A DNA stretch of 64,000 nt from a virus (Duplodnaviria > Heunggongvirae > Uroviricota > Caudoviricetes): positions 16,088 to 80,087 of the IMG/VR virus record IMGVR_UViG_3300021255_002910. One strand, given 5' to 3'. The notes beneath the pieces were generated by a model. That model made no database searches. It was given only the letters and a program-made list of their open reading frames with translations, and was not told the origin of the DNA. Below, in pieces: positions 46,125 to 55,310 of the stretch (position 1 is the first letter of the stretch; every line of letters begins with the position of its first letter). The translations under genes were made by a program, and so were the position numbers.

Positions 46125-47135
46125 TTACTGGACGGCGGGGCTGGGGGTGAAGATGCTCCAGTCCTTTGAGACGGAGTGTGGCCACTGCGAGAGATATTCG
46201 CGGGCGGTCATGCCGTGGACGGGCTGTGGGTCTTTCTCCGACTGCCCGAGGAAATCGGCTACAGACTGTTTCCAATAGACCGTGGCGCGGCCAGCGGTCA
46301 GCTCCATCACATAGTCCACGAATTGACAACACTCGGCAAGGTCGTAGGGCGCAAAGGTCTTGCCGTCAAGCGTAAAGCCCTTGCGGCATACCTTCGTGTT
46401 CTTCGTCATCAGACCGATTTTGAAGTGTTCGCAGCCTGCGTCGAGGGCCTGCTGGATCATGCGGAAGCTGGAGTCGAAGTCGATGACCGGCTCGATGGAG
46501 GCCCAGGTGAACCATCCTTCACCGTTCAGATACTCGATAGCCTTGATGCGTGCAAGATTAGGTGATGCGTTAGGCTCCAGTTCGTCGTGACCAGTGAGTG
46601 TAAAGCCGATAGCAAGCCGTTTCTTATGGGTATTCTCTAAGTCCATTACAATGTCTGTCAGCCACCTGTCAACCTGAAGTGCTTGTTCCTTGTCAAGAAG
46701 GAAAGGATGGTCGTTTCTACAGAAGTAGGCGTTCTTCGTCAGCAGAGTCACGGGTATCTCACTATTCATAGCGGCATTCGCTATACGGAACGTCAGTCCG
46801 CACGTCTCCGGCAGACACGGGTCGCTGGTAAAGGTGAAGAACAGCCCGCCGTCGCGGATAATCTGCTCACGGTTCTCCAGTATCTCGACCATTGCCAAGT
46901 GATAGGCGTGGTCTTCACTGACGATGCCTTTCTTCAGTACGGCCTGCGGCTGTCCGAGGCAGCCGCCGGAGGGGCTTGACTTCAAATAGCAGTACAAGCA
47001 GCCGTGCGGACATCCGATGTATGGATTCACGCTCCAGCGGCCATATTCTTCGGCATTGCCTTTGGGTTTGGATAGTATCTTCATTCGTTTCGTTCGTTTT
47101 AGGGAGTGGTCAATGTACGACCGCTTACTGGACAT
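46125..47135 (-). CDS. radical SAM protein of the SplB/DNA-photolyase-like family
   Basis: WSVNPYIGCPHGCLYCYLK matches the NPYxGCxxxCxYCY signature. Confidence 0.7.
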   Translation of the reverse strand: MSSKRSYIDHSLKRTKRMKILSKPKGNAEEYGRWSVNPYIGCPHGCLYCYLKSSPSGGCLGQPQAVLKKGIVSEDHAYHLAMVEILENREQIIRDGGLFFTFTSDPCLPETCGLTFRIANAAMNSEIPVTLLTKNAYFCRNDHPFLLDKEQALQVDRWLTDIVMDLENTHKKRLAIGFTLTGHDELEPNASPNLARIKAIEYLNGEGWFTWASIEPVIDFDSSFRMIQQALDAGCEHFKIGLMTKNTKVCRKGFTLDGKTFAPYDLAECCQFVDYVMELTAGRATVYWKQSVADFLGQSEKDPQPVHGMTAREYLSQWPHSVSKDWSIFTPSPAVQ

Positions 47136-47145
47136 TTGAGACTAC

Positions 47146-47298
47146 ATCAGGATGCCATTGTCTTTCAGGACTTGATGCACCACGTCGGGCTTGCATTGGG
47201 CTATCGAGGCGATGTTGGCTATTTGCCATCCTTCTTTGTGGAGCCGGAGGATTTGGCGTTGGAGGACTTTCTCGCAGTGGATGTGTGTAGATTTCTGC
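47146..47298 (-). CDS. small HTH protein (50 aa), not in the ORF track
   Basis: MQKSTHIHCEKVLQRQILRLHKEGWQIANIASIAQCKPDVVHQVLKDNGILM. Confidence 0.4.
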
Positions 47299-47357
47299 AT
47301 AGTTGTATTGTTTTTGGTGGCACTAATCGTAGCCGGTTGTTGATAGTAATAACCATA

Positions 47358-47600
47358 TTAAGATTCGTCGAATACGTCGAGGGATTTCTTGAACATCTGG
47401 CGCAGATGATGGGTGTCGTCGCCTGTGCCGCCGTTGGCACTGATGGTGCTGTTGATGATTTCGTTGAGAGCCAAGGCGAGCACCACCATGTCGCTTCGGA
47501 GCGGGAGATTGGCGGCGGCGAGGCGGTCAGTGATGGTGATGGCGAGGTCGTGGCCGAGTTGCTGTATGCGTAGAAGGGATTGTTCTTCTTGTTGTGTCAT
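47358..47600 (-). CDS. hypothetical small protein (80 aa)
   Basis: Start chosen at MTQQEEQSLL; the upstream part of the track ORF is Arg-rich and noncoding-like. Confidence 0.4.
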   Translation of the reverse strand: MTQQEEQSLLRIQQLGHDLAITITDRLAAANLPLRSDMVVLALALNEIINSTISANGGTGDDTHHLRQMFKKSLDVFDES

Positions 47601-47647
47601 AGTTGTGAGGGGGCTGCGGAAATACCGCAGCACACTGGACGAGGGGG

Positions 47648-48022
47648 TTAGAGATTGATAAACTTGTTGTAGTCTTTTACGAAGGTGACGTCGTGTCCTT
47701 GATCTTCGAGACGACTCTTGACGAGGAACACGAGGCTGTCGAGCGAGAGGAACTGCGGGTCGTAGCCTACGGGAGTGACGGTGTAGCGCCGGATGGCTTT
47801 TCCGTTGCGCAGCTTGCAGGGGTACTCGAACTGGAGACGATAGCCCCGCATGATGTAACCGCCACGGCAGATGATGTCGAAACAACCCTGCCTGAGTGCC
47901 ACCGATGTGGCCCCGATGAAGACGAAAGTCAGCACGTCGTCGCACAGCCCACGATAGTCTATTGAGAAGGCTATATTCAGGTGGCTGGCCCAGGTGTCGG
48001 AGGCGGACTTCTTGCGGGGCAT
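47648..48022 (-). CDS. hypothetical protein (124 aa)
   Basis: Start chosen at MPRKKSASDTW. Confidence 0.45.
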   Translation of the reverse strand: MPRKKSASDTWASHLNIAFSIDYRGLCDDVLTFVFIGATSVALRQGCFDIICRGGYIMRGYRLQFEYPCKLRNGKAIRRYTVTPVGYDPQFLSLDSLVFLVKSRLEDQGHDVTFVKDYNKFINL

Positions 48023-48029
48023 GGCGGTT

Positions 48030-48545
48030 TTATTCCTGCGGGGAAACCGCAGGACACTCTTGCTGCGGGGAAACGGCAGGACACTCTTGCTGCGGGGAAA
48101 CGGCAGGGTTGACTTCCTGCGGAAGAACCGCAGGACACAGTTGTTGCACGATGGCACGAATACCGATGCGCTCCCAGGGACGCCAGTCGTCGGCATCGAA
48201 GCGGCGGGCCACAGTAATGCGGTGCTCCATGCCGAGGATGGTCATCTGATTGACCAGTGCGGTCTTCAGTCCGGCGTTGGCAGTGAGGGCGGAGTAAAAA
48301 CCCTCGCCCGTGTTGCGCAGGTTGTTCAGGGCGTAGCGGTCACAGAACTCCCGCTTGATGTCGTCGATGCCGCGCAGTTCCCATTCGTCAAAGCCCTTGA
48401 CGAAAAGGCGGTTGTAGGCCGTTGCCTCGGTCAGCTCATAGCCGGCAAAGAGCGAGTAGAGTGCTCGTTTCTCGTCAGCCGTGAGGTCGGCAGGGGCGAG
48501 AATGCCCTTTGGATAGGTTATTTTAACAATACTTTCCTTTGTCAT
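48030..48545 (-). CDS. hypothetical protein with C-terminal tandem P-A-V-S-P-Q-Q-E-C repeats
   Basis: Three to four tandem 27-nt coding repeats at 48040-48130. This is the first gene of the minus-strand early operon and lies divergent to the repressor-like gene. Confidence 0.5.
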   Translation of the reverse strand: MTKESIVKITYPKGILAPADLTADEKRALYSLFAGYELTEATAYNRLFVKGFDEWELRGIDDIKREFCDRYALNNLRNTGEGFYSALTANAGLKTALVNQMTILGMEHRITVARRFDADDWRPWERIGIRAIVQQLCPAVLPQEVNPAVSPQQECPAVSPQQECPAVSPQE

Positions 48546-48663
48546 TTTAGCGATAATTATTAAATTTGTCTGCAAAATTAGCGATAAAATTAAAATAACG
48601 TATCAATTTAATCAGAAATATTTATTAAAATAACATTTATTAAACTTTCAAAATAATAACAGT

Positions 48664-49143
48664 ATGGGCATATTGAAGTATAAGTACGGTTTTTTGCGGG
48701 AGTGGATGGCCGAGACTGGCAAGTCGATGAAGGACGTGAAGGAAGCCGTTGGCAACAGCAGTAACAACAACATTCACGACTGGCTTGGCGACGGGCCGGC
48801 ACAGAGACGCCAACAGGAACGCGGCGAAGAAATAAGGCCGGTACCCATGAACGTGGAGAGCATCGTAAAAATCTGCAATGCGTTCAAGGTACCTTTGGAG
48901 GACTTTTTCGTGGAGGAAGGCAACTGGGAGCTGCTCGGCACAGTGCAGAAGCCTGCAAAAAGTGTTAATTTAATCACCGAGCAAGTACAGATGTTGAAGG
49001 AGCGGATTGCCGACAAAGACGAGGTAATCAGCAGCCTGCGCACGGCTGTCAATGCGCTGAAGTCAGAGAATGAGGCCCTTCGTCGTTCTCTTGTAATGGA
49101 AAAAAACGACGAATGGACGGGAGCAGGGTTCGCCAGGACGTGA
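48664..49143 (+). CDS. XRE-family HTH transcriptional regulator (phage repressor-like) with C-terminal coiled coil
   Basis: This is one of the few convincing plus-strand genes. It is divergent from the long minus-strand operon and has a helix-turn-helix in its first 90 aa. Confidence 0.6.
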   Translation: MGILKYKYGFLREWMAETGKSMKDVKEAVGNSSNNNIHDWLGDGPAQRRQQERGEEIRPVPMNVESIVKICNAFKVPLEDFFVEEGNWELLGTVQKPAKSVNLITEQVQMLKERIADKDEVISSLRTAVNALKSENEALRRSLVMEKNDEWTGAGFART

Positions 49144-49252
49144 TGCAGGGTGTAGTTACTCCTTTGAGAAACATGGCGCACCGCCGCTGGCTGATAGTAT
49201 GCAGCTCGGCGACGGTGTGCGTTGTCATTATATATAATATGGCTGAAGGGTG

Positions 49253-49429
49253 TTATGGGTCGTAGAGGAACACACGGCGCTGGCCGTACTCGTCGGGCAG
49301 GGTGATATACATATCGCACTCTATCTCGTCCTGCAAGGCCAACAGGTCGTCGAGTGTATTAAGAGCGGGCAGCGGGTTTGGCACGCGCTGCCAGGCATGG
49401 GTAGGGGTGGGTGTCAAAAGTAGGGACAT
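49253..49429 (-). CDS. small hypothetical protein (58 aa), not in the ORF track
   Basis: MSLLLTPTPTHAWQRVPNPLPALNTLDDLLALQDEIECDMYITLPDEYGQRRVFLYDP. Confidence 0.3.
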   Translation of the reverse strand: MSLLLTPTPTHAWQRVPNPLPALNTLDDLLALQDEIECDMYITLPDEYGQRRVFLYDP

Positions 49430-49442
49430 CGGAGAATTTTTA

Positions 49443-50048
49443 CTATTTACGGATTTGTAATTTGTGCAGCCACCAACGACGAGTAATCAATAACGCGACA
49501 CCGAGAATTGTCCCGGCAATGAACCATTGCAGACTGTCCCACAGGCGGCGATACCACGGCTGAGTAGCGGCAGGAGTGGAAATGTGCTGCTCGTTGGTGC
49601 TGTCACGCTGCTCCCAGTGGGTCTGCAATCGGCTCTCGGCGGCCTGCAGGAGAGAATCGTAGGCGGCTAACTGCCGCTGATAGGCCGCCTGCATCTGCTG
49701 CTGCCATTGTTCGCGGTCGCGCTGCTCCTGGCGCGAGAGTGTGCGGTCGGTCGTGCGCTGTTCGGTGCGTAGCTGTCGGCCAAGGCTGTCGATGGAGGTG
49801 GTGATAGTCTCGGTGATGGTCTCTCGGCTGTCCTCGTTAGTGGTGCTGCGCTCGTATTCGCGCTGCATAAAGGAAGTAAAGAGACTGTCGAGCCGCTCGG
49901 AAATAGCCGTTAGGTGGGCGTCGGTCTGTGCTTGTTGGGCCAGCGTGTCGGCCTCGATGTGATGGGAATGGTGCTCGTAAATCTCCTTTTTTGTGACGCA
50001 GGAGCATAGGCTGATAGCCGCCAATACGATGAATAAGTTCTGTTTCAT
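49443..50048 (-). CDS. lipoprotein with C-terminal TM anchor
   Basis: MKQNLFIVLAAISLCSC lipobox; Gln/Arg-rich coiled coil; C-terminal hydrophobic helix. Confidence 0.55.
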   Translation of the reverse strand: MKQNLFIVLAAISLCSCVTKKEIYEHHSHHIEADTLAQQAQTDAHLTAISERLDSLFTSFMQREYERSTTNEDSRETITETITTSIDSLGRQLRTEQRTTDRTLSRQEQRDREQWQQQMQAAYQRQLAAYDSLLQAAESRLQTHWEQRDSTNEQHISTPAATQPWYRRLWDSLQWFIAGTILGVALLITRRWWLHKLQIRK

Positions 50049-50162
50049 ATTCGTTTCATTTTTTCTTCGACACAAAGGTAGGGAAACGGGGAATACTGAT
50101 AGGTACTAAAAAACAGGTGCCGCAGAAATTTGCAGCACCTGTTATATATTGTCACCTAAACT

Positions 50163-51704
50163 CTATGTTGGTTGACCTTGCGGCTTCGGATTGTCAGCCT
50201 CCATCAACCTGTATTGCAACTTTACATCTTTGCCGAAATGCTTAGCGAGCGTGGGCGCAAGCACACTCTGCACCACCTCCGGTCGCTCTAAGAACTTATA
50301 TACATCGCTACTTTGTACTTGTATAATCAGCGTATGGGTGGTTTCGTTGAACGACTCAAAGGCCAGCTGCCCGACAATGGCACGGCTATGGTCGTTGGTA
50401 GTCTGACGCAGCAGGTCGGCGTGGCACTGCTGCCATGCTTGCAGCCATCGTTCATCGGGAAACAGCGACAACTCGACGCGCTGCGGTCGCTGTTCCGCAG
50501 GCTTCTTCGTCTTGGCGACCCACGAGCGGAACAGCTGCATCAGGTAGGCAGCCACATCGTCGGGCTGAGCCGTCTCGATGATACGCCGGGCATCGTGATA
50601 AGCATAGTCCTGGAAAGCCACCAGCTCGTCGCCGTCGATGTCGGCAACAAGCGATTTCAGTGTCTCTCGGTCGAGGTCGGGACAGTAGGCTGTGAGATTC
50701 TTCACCAGTTGATTCTCCACGGCTTCACGGTGGAGTATCACGTCGCGGTTCTTGCCAAGGTTCGACATGCGTATGCGAAACTCGATGTAGTCGGGGTCGC
50801 CACGTCGCCGCGAACCGTTGTAGATAGGCACATAGTCGAAGATGATGTCCGTCTGGTTGAGCTGTGCCATGCGCAGAAGGTCCTCACGTGCCTTGTCGAG
50901 CACCTCCTTGCAGAAGCGTGAGAACTTGGGATATTTGTCGCGGGTCTCTTCGTAGGGATTGTTATTCTCGTCGAGCAAGTGGATATGTTCTATCACGCCT
51001 AAATATTCCTTCACCTCCTGCACTGTCTTCAGTACGCGGTATTCCGTGCGTCCAGGTTTGCGGCGCATTTCCTCAGTAAACGGCTTGCGCAGGAAGAGGT
51101 AGATGCGCGGCGTGGCCTGACGGCGCGAGTAGGCCGCTATGAGCTTCATGTGGTTCACGTAGCCCTCAGTCATGTCGAACACGAATTTGGCCACCTTTGG
51201 ATTGATACTGAAGTCCATGTAGCCGCGTCGCTTATCGAAAGTGCCGACAACCATCTGCGTGGCCTTGTCGGTCTTCTGATAGCCGCCCTCTACGAAGGGG
51301 ATGCTCACCTCGTCGAACACCGGCATCCACTTCTTCACCTTCTGCCCCGTCTCGTCCACGTCGTCGGCCATGATGTCGAGCGACATGATTTCGTGGCGTA
51401 TCTGGTCGAGCCGCGAGTAGTGGTTGTCGTCGATGGTCAGTTCCGACATTTTTACACGTATCGTAGGCAGCGGCTCCGACGTAAATAGCGGCTTGGGTGT
51501 TTCCTTGTCCAGATAGCGCTTCTCGTCGAGAAACTGCTTCACGTAGGCTTGCAGACCGTCGCTCACCTTCAGCAGTATCTCTTGCTGCAGCAGCGAGAAG
51601 TTGGCTCCTAAGCGTGTGTAGGCAAATGGTGTGTTGATCCACCGTGAGTCCTGCAAATCGGCCTTCGGTACAGGCACGATGTCTGTCTTCTTTTCTCTTG
51701 CCAT
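50163..51704 (-). CDS. putative plasmid-type replication initiator (Rep)
   Basis: 513-aa ORF immediately adjacent to, and transcribed away from, the iteron arrays. No strong family motif seen by eye. Confidence 0.5.
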   Translation of the reverse strand: MAREKKTDIVPVPKADLQDSRWINTPFAYTRLGANFSLLQQEILLKVSDGLQAYVKQFLDEKRYLDKETPKPLFTSEPLPTIRVKMSELTIDDNHYSRLDQIRHEIMSLDIMADDVDETGQKVKKWMPVFDEVSIPFVEGGYQKTDKATQMVVGTFDKRRGYMDFSINPKVAKFVFDMTEGYVNHMKLIAAYSRRQATPRIYLFLRKPFTEEMRRKPGRTEYRVLKTVQEVKEYLGVIEHIHLLDENNNPYEETRDKYPKFSRFCKEVLDKAREDLLRMAQLNQTDIIFDYVPIYNGSRRRGDPDYIEFRIRMSNLGKNRDVILHREAVENQLVKNLTAYCPDLDRETLKSLVADIDGDELVAFQDYAYHDARRIIETAQPDDVAAYLMQLFRSWVAKTKKPAEQRPQRVELSLFPDERWLQAWQQCHADLLRQTTNDHSRAIVGQLAFESFNETTHTLIIQVQSSDVYKFLERPEVVQSVLAPTLAKHFGKDVKLQYRLMEADNPKPQGQPT

Positions 51705-51738
51705 ATTCCTTATTATTTATAGTCACCTTGGGAACATA

Positions 51739-52108
51739 TCTCCCATTTTTTGTACCAACTTTGCGTTTCTACCATTTTTTGTACTTTCAACTCCCATTTT
51801 TTGTCCGTTCTATCTCCCTTTTTTTGTACCAAAACCTCCCATTTTTTGTACCTCGATACCTCGAAAGCCCTTTGTTTATCGGCATTCCCGCTTTCGCTAA
51901 AATAAAAATACTCCTTATAATCAGATAAAAAGAAAAGTCGGATTTATAATATTATATTTATTTTAAGCAGATGGAAAACCCTTTGTTTATCGGCGTTTCC
52001 AGCGATTGAGGGACAAAAATAGGGAGTTATTGGGACAATAAATGGGAGTTATTGGGACAACTTTTGGGAGATAGTTGGGACAAAATTTGGGAGATAGTGT
52101 CCCAACTC
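51739..52108. other. iteron-type origin: five direct (C/T)CCCATTTTTTGTAC(C) iterons at 22-23 bp spacing, an AT-rich core, then four or five iterons in inverted orientation (GGGACAAAAATGGGAG)
   Basis: Direct set 51739-51852 and inverted set 52010-52108; CCCTTTGTTTATCGGC direct repeat on both sides of the AT-rich 51900-51965 core. Confidence 0.7.
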
Positions 52109-52162
52109 CGTGACTCCAGTGATTTCGCTGGTGGTTCATAAAGTGGTATGTTTCCGTAGCTA

Positions 52163-52546
52163 TCATATCTGCTGATCCTGCTCTGTCCTCTCCACATACT
52201 CCTTGATAGCCAGCACCACGAGGTCTTTCATGTTCTGCCGCGTCTTGGCCTTGATGATGGCCAGGCGCGAGTGCAGGCTGATGGGGATTGGCACATTGAT
52301 GTTCTGCGTCGGCTCGCCCTGGGCTATCATCGCCGTGGCGGGGATGGTCTGAGGGGTGTTTGCAAATTTTTCACTCTTCACTCTTTGCTCGGCTTTGCCG
52401 CTTTGCTCTGCAAAGAATTCTTCACTCTTTGCAGGCTCTCCCCCACCCTGCCCTATTTTCTGGTAGCCGTTTTTCACCTCCTGCTCCATGTCACTGATCA
52501 ATGAACCCTGCATCGCATCGGCGTTCCAATTATTCTTCTTTGCCAT
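52163..52546 (-). CDS. ribbon-helix-helix (ParG/CopG-like) partition/regulatory protein
   Basis: C-terminal NINVPIPISLHSRLAIIKAKTRQNMKDLVVLAIKEYVER; lies downstream of ParA. Confidence 0.5.
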   Translation of the reverse strand: MAKKNNWNADAMQGSLISDMEQEVKNGYQKIGQGGGEPAKSEEFFAEQSGKAEQRVKSEKFANTPQTIPATAMIAQGEPTQNINVPIPISLHSRLAIIKAKTRQNMKDLVVLAIKEYVERTEQDQQI

Positions 52547-52595
52547 AACGAAAAAATATTTTTATTAGTTTTATAAGTTAAATAGTAAAATAGTT

Positions 52596-53486
52596 TTAAG
52601 CGAACAGGTCTTTGGCCAGTCGCTCGTAGGCCATGCCGGCCCCGCTGTATGGTTGCCAGTCATAGATAGAGAGTTTCTTTGTCTGTGCCTCGTTCATCTT
52701 CGCCTCGTTGGGCACACCGCTGACGGGTGTCTTCTTGCTCTTGTTCCACTGATAGAGCAGCAGATGGTCGCCGAATTTCTCGCGCAGGTCATCCAGGATG
52801 CCACGTGCGATGTTGCTGCGCAGGTCGGTCTTTACGGGCAGTATGCCGGTCAGTTCCAGTTGCGGGTTCAGCTCCTGCTTTACGCGTCCCATCTCAACGA
52901 GAATAGGGCCAAGACCGCTCACCGACAGTCCCTCTAACGTGGTGGGGATAAGCAGGCCGTTGGCCACGGCCATTGCGTTATAGGTGGATTTCGAGAGTGC
53001 CGGAGGGCAGTCAATCAACACATAGTCGAACACCACGGGCACGATAGGCCCTGCTCCGTCATAGCGCATGCCGTCTATCAGGTCGGTGGTGGTCACTCCG
53101 TTGAAGAAGCACTTACGCAGCGCGAGCATCGGCTGCATCTGCCTTGTCAGGTCGGCATCCACGTCCTGCAACAACGGAGAGCCGGGACAGAGCCAGATGC
53201 CCTTGTCGCTGGTGATAGGCTGGTTCATGCCGTTCTTTTTTGTCGGCACTTGATAGACGGGTAGCCCTGTCTGCTCGCGCATGGCGTCGTACACCGTGCG
53301 TCCCCTACCCTGCTGCCAGCCCATCAGCCGTGACAGGTGCCACTGCGGGTCGAGGTCAATCACCAGTACCCGTGCATCCCTGTCCTGCCTTGTAATGGCC
53401 ACGGCCAAGCTCTGCACGGTTGTCGTCTTTGAAGTCCCGCCCTTATGGTTCATAACGGCCAGGACGTCTTTCAGTCTTGTTTCCAT
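52596..53486 (-). CDS. parA: ParA-family partition ATPase
   Basis: Deviant Walker A NHKGGTSKTT and DLDPQ motif. Confidence 0.8.
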   Translation of the reverse strand: METRLKDVLAVMNHKGGTSKTTTVQSLAVAITRQDRDARVLVIDLDPQWHLSRLMGWQQGRGRTVYDAMREQTGLPVYQVPTKKNGMNQPITSDKGIWLCPGSPLLQDVDADLTRQMQPMLALRKCFFNGVTTTDLIDGMRYDGAGPIVPVVFDYVLIDCPPALSKSTYNAMAVANGLLIPTTLEGLSVSGLGPILVEMGRVKQELNPQLELTGILPVKTDLRSNIARGILDDLREKFGDHLLLYQWNKSKKTPVSGVPNEAKMNEAQTKKLSIYDWQPYSGAGMAYERLAKDLFA

Positions 53487-53555
53487 GATTCTATACTACT
53501 TGTAATTAACAAAATGCTTTATAAAAACTACTTCTGCCCTACCCTATTGTGCAGG

Positions 53556-53630
53556 GGTTGCGGAAGGAGGACTCGAACCCCCGACCTCCTGGTTATGAGC
53601 CAGGTGAGCTACCAACTGCTCCACTCCGCG
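53556..53630 (-). tRNA. tRNA-Met: tRNA-Met (CAT), initiator-like
   Basis: Manual fold: acceptor CGCGGAG/TTCCGCA with a C1:A72 mismatch, D-arm GAGC-AGTTGGTA-GCTC with A11:T24, anticodon arm CCTGG-CTCATAA-CCAGG, T-arm GGGGG-TTCGAGT-CCTCC. The 3-prime CCA is not encoded (ACCC). Confidence 0.75.
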
Positions 53631-54141
53631 ATGTCTCTTCTTTTGATGATGCTTTCTAAGCGGCCTGAATTGCGGCCTTCGTGACTTGTAATTGAACTTC
53701 GTCTGCAAAATTAGCGATAATTCTTAAATTCACCAAATATTTCGCTAAGAAACTTATCTATCTACCTACATTTTTATATATTTACATAGCTATATTGCTA
53801 TATAACTAACTAAATAGTTACCAAACAATCTAACTACCTTTATATATAAATAACTATATAAATAAATAGTTTGCAAACTACTTAACAATATAAATACATA
53901 TATAACAAGATAGCTAAATAACTACTTAAATAACTATTTTACGAAAATAAATAAACTTATGAAGATTATAAAAGTAATACATATTATAAAACTATTAAAG
54001 TTACGAAAATAATAAAACTATTTTTATAAGTTTTCTGTCTGGCTGCTCGGTGATTCCGCCGGAGCAGTGATTTCGCAGCCCTTGTATAGTGGGGAGTGGG
54101 GTAGGCCAGTGATTTCGCAGGGGTTTTATAACGGGGCTATG

Positions 54142-54459
54142 TCACCGCTTGTTTTTCTCCTCATAATTCCGAATCGTCTGTTCCCAGTCTGGCAGCCAGC
54201 CTTTCAGCGTGAGGGCATCGTCGTGGTTGGTGATGATGGCCACCACCCACCACTCGCAGCCGCGCTCTTCCTCCGGGTTGTCAATCACCAGCATGATATG
54301 TGATGTTGCATCCTCCTGATACGAGAAGCACACCTCGCCGCCACAGCCCACGGCACTCTTTATCAGTTCGCACTCCATCAGTTCCTCGCGGCTGTTCACC
54401 TCGTAGAACTTGTCCTCAAAGCCCTCGAAAAACGCAGGGCGGTATTTCTTGATTCTCAT
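54142..54459 (-). CDS. hypothetical protein (105 aa)
   Basis: Start chosen at MRIKKYRPAFF. Confidence 0.45.
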   Translation of the reverse strand: MRIKKYRPAFFEGFEDKFYEVNSREELMECELIKSAVGCGGEVCFSYQEDATSHIMLVIDNPEEERGCEWWVVAIITNHDDALTLKGWLPDWEQTIRNYEEKNKR

Positions 54460-54463
54460 AGTT

Positions 54464-54636
54464 TCATCCGTTTTGCTCACACTTCTTGATGATCTCGTCA
54501 ATATACTCACTTTTGTTCGGGTGGCGGGCCATGATGTCGGCGGCCTCCTGGGTGATGCGCACATTCAGCGGCACCTTATAGGGCGTTACCTTGCGCCCTG
54601 CGTTCTGACGCGCTCCGCCGCGCTGTTTCTTCTGGT
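54464..54636 (-). CDS. small DNA-binding (RHH-like) protein (57 aa)
   Basis: MEDQKKQRGGARQNAGRKVTPYKVPLNVRITQEAADIM...; preceded by a duplicated 190-bp leader. Confidence 0.4.
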
Positions 54637-54830
54637 CTTCCATAATCTCTTTTTGCCCTTCCGGGACTTGTGGTTTAATTCGTTGTTTTGATTTATCTAC
54701 TGCAAAGATACGAAGAATTTTTGAAACTTGCAAGCGTTAATCAAATTATTTGCTTGCGACAATCAAACATTAACACCTTTTATGATTTGAAAGACGTTTG
54801 TGATAATCAAAGGCGGCAGCGTCCTCACGG
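54630..54830. repeat. about 190-bp duplicated promoter/leader region (copy 1) containing three (C/T)AATCAAA direct repeats
   Basis: Aligns with 57158-57345 from the start codon outwards. Confidence 0.6.
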
Positions 54831-54963
54831 ATTGCTGCAGCCCTGCCATTGTGCCGCCTACATACCACAAATAGATTATGGTCGCTTGTCGTTGAAATCA
54901 GTTAAACAATCGGCGGCACTGGTTTCAATCGTTCATTTCTGTTCCCGTCCGTGAGTGGCGGTC

Positions 54964-55299
54964 TTAGTACATGTCGTCTTCCTCCTCGGCCAGCTCGGAC
55001 TGTCGTTCTTCCTCTTCCTCCTCCAGAGCGAGGAAGTTCCACGCCTCGCGCAGTATCTCGTCCAGGTCTGCTTCCTCGCGCTCCGACGGGCTGAAGAAGT
55101 TCACTTCCACCAAGTCGCGCTTCCACTCGTCGAAGTCGGCCCAATAAGCCCGATCGTAGTCGCGCATCAGGATAAAGACCCTGGGGAAGTCCATGCGCAG
55201 CAGTCCGCACTGCCCCGCATGGTTCACTATATTGTCGCACAGCCACCAGTGGCGGCTCTTCTCTATCGCCTCTTGGCGCGTCTGTCGTCTTGTTGGCAT
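54964..55299 (-). CDS. hypothetical protein with acidic C-terminus
   Basis: Complete ORF. Confidence 0.45.
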   Translation of the reverse strand: MPTRRQTRQEAIEKSRHWWLCDNIVNHAGQCGLLRMDFPRVFILMRDYDRAYWADFDEWKRDLVEVNFFSPSEREEADLDEILREAWNFLALEEEEEERQSELAEEEDDMY

Positions 55300-55310
55300 A
55301 GTTGATAGAA

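Noticed and set aside
53640-54060. AT-rich region as an rRNA/ncRNA gene or CRISPR leader
   Set aside because: No rRNA-like conserved blocks and no repeat-spacer periodicity. It looks like an AT-rich junction or promoter region.
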